DNA from: a virus
IMG/VR virus record: IMGVR_UViG_3300033516_000084
Coordinates: 1 to 64,000 of that record
Strand: one strand, 5' to 3'
Length of the DNA: 64,000 nucleotides
The position numbers and the translations under genes were made by a program. The notes under the pieces are model-generated. The model did no database searches. It was not told where the DNA came from and saw nothing but the letters and a program-made list of their open reading frames with translations. Positions 61,490 to 64,000 of the stretch are shown here, in pieces. How positions within the stretch are numbered: the first letter of the stretch is position 1; every line of letters begins with the position of its first letter.

Positions 61490-61732
61490 TTAGCGTAGCG
61501 GCTGAGTGCCGGTGATGATAGACCCCGAGCGGGTGTATTGAGCGGTTACCCACACCCCGGAGTCCTCTTGTTGGGTGCGTCCGATTTTGCCGATGCAGCG
61601 GCGAATAAGCGTGTCCGATATATGTTCGGATTGGATTGTCCACCCACGACCCGGTTGGAATACCCGGCGTTGCTCCTCAAGCAAGGCCAAAAAGAGCCAC
61701 TGGGCTTTGGTGGGTGTGTCGTTTGCTTGCAT
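61490..61732 (-). CDS. Cassette hypothetical protein, paralog of 56243-56548
   Basis: Start MQANDTPT after AAGGACTGCA; alignment as given for 56243-56548. Confidence 0.8.
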   Translation of the reverse strand: MQANDTPTKAQWLFLALLEEQRRVFQPGRGWTIQSEHISDTLIRRCIGKIGRTQQEDSGVWVTAQYTRSGSIITGTQPLR

Positions 61733-61822
61733 TGCAGTCCTTGGTAGTGGTTGGTAAGCCTTGATTATACGCCAGTTTGACAAGGTTTTACTCATTTTTT
61801 TGGGTGGTAGAAAAGATATTTT
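61733..61822 (-). promoter_or_regulatory. Repeated early expression cassette header (copy i)
   Basis: AAAATATCTTTT...AACCTTGTCAAACTG-gcg-TATAAT-caaGGCTTACCAACCA. Confidence 0.8.
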
Positions 61823-61881
61823 CGCCCTCTGTGGCTGTAGTGGACTCCTCCTATGGCTTGCATGGTGCGTGCCTGGGGCAC

Positions 61882-61906
61882 AAAAAAGCCACCGACAGGT
61901 GGCTAG
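61882..61906 (-). terminator. Intrinsic terminator
   Basis: agccacc-tgtc-ggtggctttttt. Confidence 0.8.
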
Positions 61907-61916
61907 TTGGGAGAGC

Positions 61917-62168
61917 TTAGACTCTTACGGTGTCTTCGCTGTAGCCGAAGCTGCGGAGGTGTTTGCAGTCATTTTTGCGGCCAGTTGCCGGGTTAATCTT
62001 TGCAAAGACCCAGCCCTTGCAAGAGCAACGCCTGTTAGTGGTGTCCACCCGGTACTCGGCAGTGCCGGAGGCACTGGGAATTGTGAAGACCGCATAGCTG
62101 GGCTGACCAGCGTAAGCGCTGTTCACGATTTCGGTGGAGATAATCCGGGGGGTGTAAGAAGTAGCCAT
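61917..62168 (-). CDS. SWIM-type zinc-finger protein
   Basis: YRV......CSCKGW...........CKHL = CxC-xn-CxH SWIM signature. Confidence 0.75.
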   Translation of the reverse strand: MATSYTPRIISTEIVNSAYAGQPSYAVFTIPSASGTAEYRVDTTNRRCSCKGWVFAKINPATGRKNDCKHLRSFGYSEDTVRV

Positions 62169-62169
62169 T

Positions 62170-62271
62170 TTCAGTCCTTTGAAAGTTTGGGGGGGGTAAG
62201 CGGCTTTTTAGGGCCTGGGGTAATTATATATCAGTTTGCCAAGGTTTTAACTGATTTTGAAAATATATTTT
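62170..62271 (-). promoter_or_regulatory. Cassette header (copy j); 102-bp exact repeat of 60527-60628
   Basis: Direct sequence identity to copy g. Confidence 0.88.
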
Positions 62272-62599
62272 CACTTCTTCTGGCTGGCGGCATCCTCTCC
62301 TCAAGGGTGTTGCATGGTGCAATTAATTGCACTCGTCCACACCCAAAATGCGTGGGTATTCTCCACCAAAACGTGGCTGTGTTCTGGTTTTCAGTGCTTA
62401 AAAATTAGGCAGAAAACACGGGGTTTTGACTTCCAGTGCTACGGCTTGCATAGCACTAATTGAAGCGCACCCAAATCGCGTTGGGGGCAGCAGGTGGCAG
62501 TCGGTGGGAGATATTAGGACAGGTGCTTATTTTTTTGTGTGCCGGGCTTGTACACCCCTTGCCAGTGCAATTAATTGCAGTTGGCAAGTGCAATTAATT

Positions 62600-62878
62600 T
62601 CACATCAGGCGCAGGTAGTTCTTGATCGTCCTCTTGCGGGTAGGGGTGTCGCTAAGTCTCACCCAGCCCTCGGTGTACTTCATATCCTCTGCAAAGGCGG
62701 CAATAAAGTCGCGGGGGGTAAGCCAGCTTTTACCTGCATTGTTTTTGTGGTCTCCCAATATGTCGGCACCCGCTAGTTGCAGTTTGTCGATCTTCTCCAT
62801 GGCCCTGGCCTTGGCATCATCAAGCAATTCCGTAACCCTTTTTTTCAAATCGTCCATAGATTCTTGGTCGTAGTCCAT
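62600..62878 (-). CDS. Hypothetical protein (92 aa, MDYDQESM...)
   Basis: The protein-like part of ORF 62600..63022 starts at Met49; weak RBS. Confidence 0.6.
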   Translation of the reverse strand: MDYDQESMDDLKKRVTELLDDAKARAMEKIDKLQLAGADILGDHKNNAGKSWLTPRDFIAAFAEDMKYTEGWVRLSDTPTRKRTIKNYLRLM

Positions 62879-62958
62879 GAGCTTCTTTCGTGTGTGGGTG
62901 GTGGGGTAGGGTGGGCAGGTGGACTGGGTGTCGCTGTGGGCCTTTGTAGGCCCTTGGA

Positions 62959-63081
62959 CTACTTGCGTACAAACCCGGATATGCAAAATTTTCCGCGTGG
63001 CAGGTTGTAGTCGAACTCTCACGTCACGTCAATTTCCTCATCGTTGATTGTCACGGTTTCAACGCTTGTATATGTACTCAT
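62959..63081 (-). pseudogene. Decayed cassette ORF
   Basis: After header copy k: MSTYTSVETVTINDEEIDVT*EFDY... with in-frame TGA at codon 21. Confidence 0.55.
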
Positions 63082-63165
63082 TTTGCATTCCTTTGCTTTT
63101 TGGTTGGTAAGCCTTGATTATAGCGTAGTTTTTCAAGGTTTACCATCTGTTTGAAAATATATTTT
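63082..63165 (-). promoter_or_regulatory. Repeated early expression cassette header (copy k)
   Basis: AAAATATATTTT...AACCTTGAAAAACTA-cgc-TATAAT-caaGGCTTACCAACCAA...AAAGGA. Confidence 0.82.
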
Positions 63166-63168
63166 CTA

Positions 63169-63375
63169 TTATGCGAGAGCGCGGTACTCAGCCGACTGAG
63201 CTTGTTCTTGCAGGTAGGAAAATTCGGGAGTGCCCACGGCTCCAGCAGCACGTGTGTAATAGTGGGCAGCGTCCATCCACACGCTGGCGCTGGCATGGTC
63301 ATCCGACATGCTGGCATCGGCGGCGGCTGAGTTGCAGTCGTTGGCCTTACACATGTAATATTCGTAATCAGTCAT
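63169..63375 (-). CDS. Small helical cassette protein, family A copy 3
   Basis: MTDYEYYMCKANDCNSAA...VGTPEFSYLQEQAQSAEYRALA. Confidence 0.8.
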   Translation of the reverse strand: MTDYEYYMCKANDCNSAAADASMSDDHASASVWMDAAHYYTRAAGAVGTPEFSYLQEQAQSAEYRALA

Positions 63376-63468
63376 TTTCAATCCTTTGAAGGTGGAGGGT
63401 TTTGGTTGGTAAGCCATTAGTATAACACAGTTTATCAAGGTTTTAACTGCGGTTGAAAATATATTTTT
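63376..63468 (-). promoter_or_regulatory. Repeated early expression cassette header (copy l)
   Basis: Identical to copy c from the CCTTGATAAAC box to the ATG. Confidence 0.85.
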
Positions 63469-63506
63469 CAACCCCCTGAGGCAGTGCATGGTGCGGTCTG
63501 GGGCGT

Positions 63507-63530
63507 AAAAAAAGCCCGGACAATCGGGCT
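63507..63530 (-). terminator. Intrinsic terminator
   Basis: agcccga-ttg-tccgggctttttt. Confidence 0.7.
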
Positions 63531-63537
63531 GGTGGGG

Positions 63538-63723
63538 TTAGGTGTGTTTAGCGCAGGGTGTCCACCCGGTGGTCAGGGTCACCATCTTCTTTTCGGTGCG
63601 TGGTGCGGGCCTGCCGTTGATGTGGCGAACCACGCAGGTAGGGCAGATGCTGGTGTACCGGTAGCGTACAGCAGCATCTGCTGTGGGCCCTTGCGGGTTG
63701 ATTATATCGTGTATTGTTGGCAT
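63538..63723 (-). CDS. Small hypothetical protein (61 aa)
   Basis: Conserved TTCAAAGGACTGAA-ATG RBS; terminator downstream. Confidence 0.65.
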   Translation of the reverse strand: MPTIHDIINPQGPTADAAVRYRYTSICPTCVVRHINGRPAPRTEKKMVTLTTGWTPCAKHT

Positions 63724-64000
63724 TTCAGTCCTTTGAAAAAGTGAGATAAACCCACCCGGTGGGTGGGTGGGTGTGGGGATTAAGAAGGGATAAGGTTAGC
63801 GGTAACCCAGGCTTTAGCAGCAGTGAGGTTTTCGAGTTTGGGGGAAATAGGGTGGAGCGCATTATTGCGGATTGTGGGGCCGCAAACCTCGCAGTTAGGG
63901 GAAGCAGGGTAGAGGAAAATTTTGGCGTGGATTTCACCGGAGTCGGTTGAGCACACTTGGATTTGCGGGTCGCTGGTTGGGTAAAATGAAAAAAGGGCGC

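Larger units (their letters stand above)
2937..62603. repeat. Dispersed quasi-palindrome (GT)GCAATTGATTGC(AC), about 23 copies
   Basis: Exact 12-mer core near 2937, 6453, 10621(rc), 11635, 17189, 22448, 27464, 35470, 35778(rc), 38124, 39694, 44193, 46263, 49065, 52113, 53303, 55922 and 61073; variants near 43708, 45243, 62317, 62565 and 62588. Confidence 0.92.

Noticed and set aside
61761-62408. 215-aa plus-strand ORF
   Set aside because: Runs antisense across two cassette headers, a terminator and the SWIM gene; not protein-like.
59829-63081. Genome-wide TGA recoding (alternative genetic code)
   Set aside because: TGA is the evident stop of several sound genes (e.g. ends at 16750, 34935, 48202, 56944), and the long genes are intact in the standard code.
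56549-63468. Repeat-spacer appearance suggesting a CRISPR array
   Set aside because: Repeats are 80-120-bp promoter/RBS units separated by whole genes of variable length; no cas genes and no constant 30-40-nt spacers.
58525-63489. N-terminal extensions such as MINCVILMAYQPKPSTFKGLK shared by several ORF-track proteins
   Set aside because: These are translations of the repeated promoter/leader DNA; true starts are the ATGs after TTCAAAGGA(C/T)TGAAA.

Overview
The window is part of a large tailed dsDNA phage genome (siphovirus-like, probably infecting a proteobacterium), with essentially every real gene on the minus strand. Read in transcription order (right to left): (i) ~55.9-64 kb is an early/accessory region of about a dozen repeated expression cassettes (AAAATATATTTT box, conserved promoter, conserved leader/RBS, one small ORF, often a terminator), including paralogous and decayed cassettes. 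(ii) ~40.5-58.2 kb is a head module: intein-containing portal, a MuF-type minor head protein split over two genes (one with an intein), an XkdF-like prohead protease, scaffold and major capsid protein. It also holds extra proteins that share short K-A/S and 'KANPYHD..G(K/R)F' / 'GH.F.GNQY' motifs and carry apparent ART-like, GNAT, HExxH-peptidase and ParB-like domains. (iii) ~34.7-39.7 kb holds connector, tail tube and tail chaperone genes (with a -1 frameshift site). (iv) 17.2-34.8 kb is a giant 5845-aa tape measure protein whose C-terminal ~2500 aa are punctuated by ~25 (F/Y)AxGG motifs. (v) 1-17.2 kb holds tail tip/fibre genes with LamG domains. Five free-standing homing-endonuclease genes or remnants are present. 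A quasi-palindrome, (GT)GCAATTGATTGC(AC), recurs about 23 times across the whole window, inside and outside genes, in several reading frames and with strong polarity. No terminase, integrase, rRNA, tRNA or CRISPR array was recognised. All family assignments come from motif recognition by eye, not database searches.
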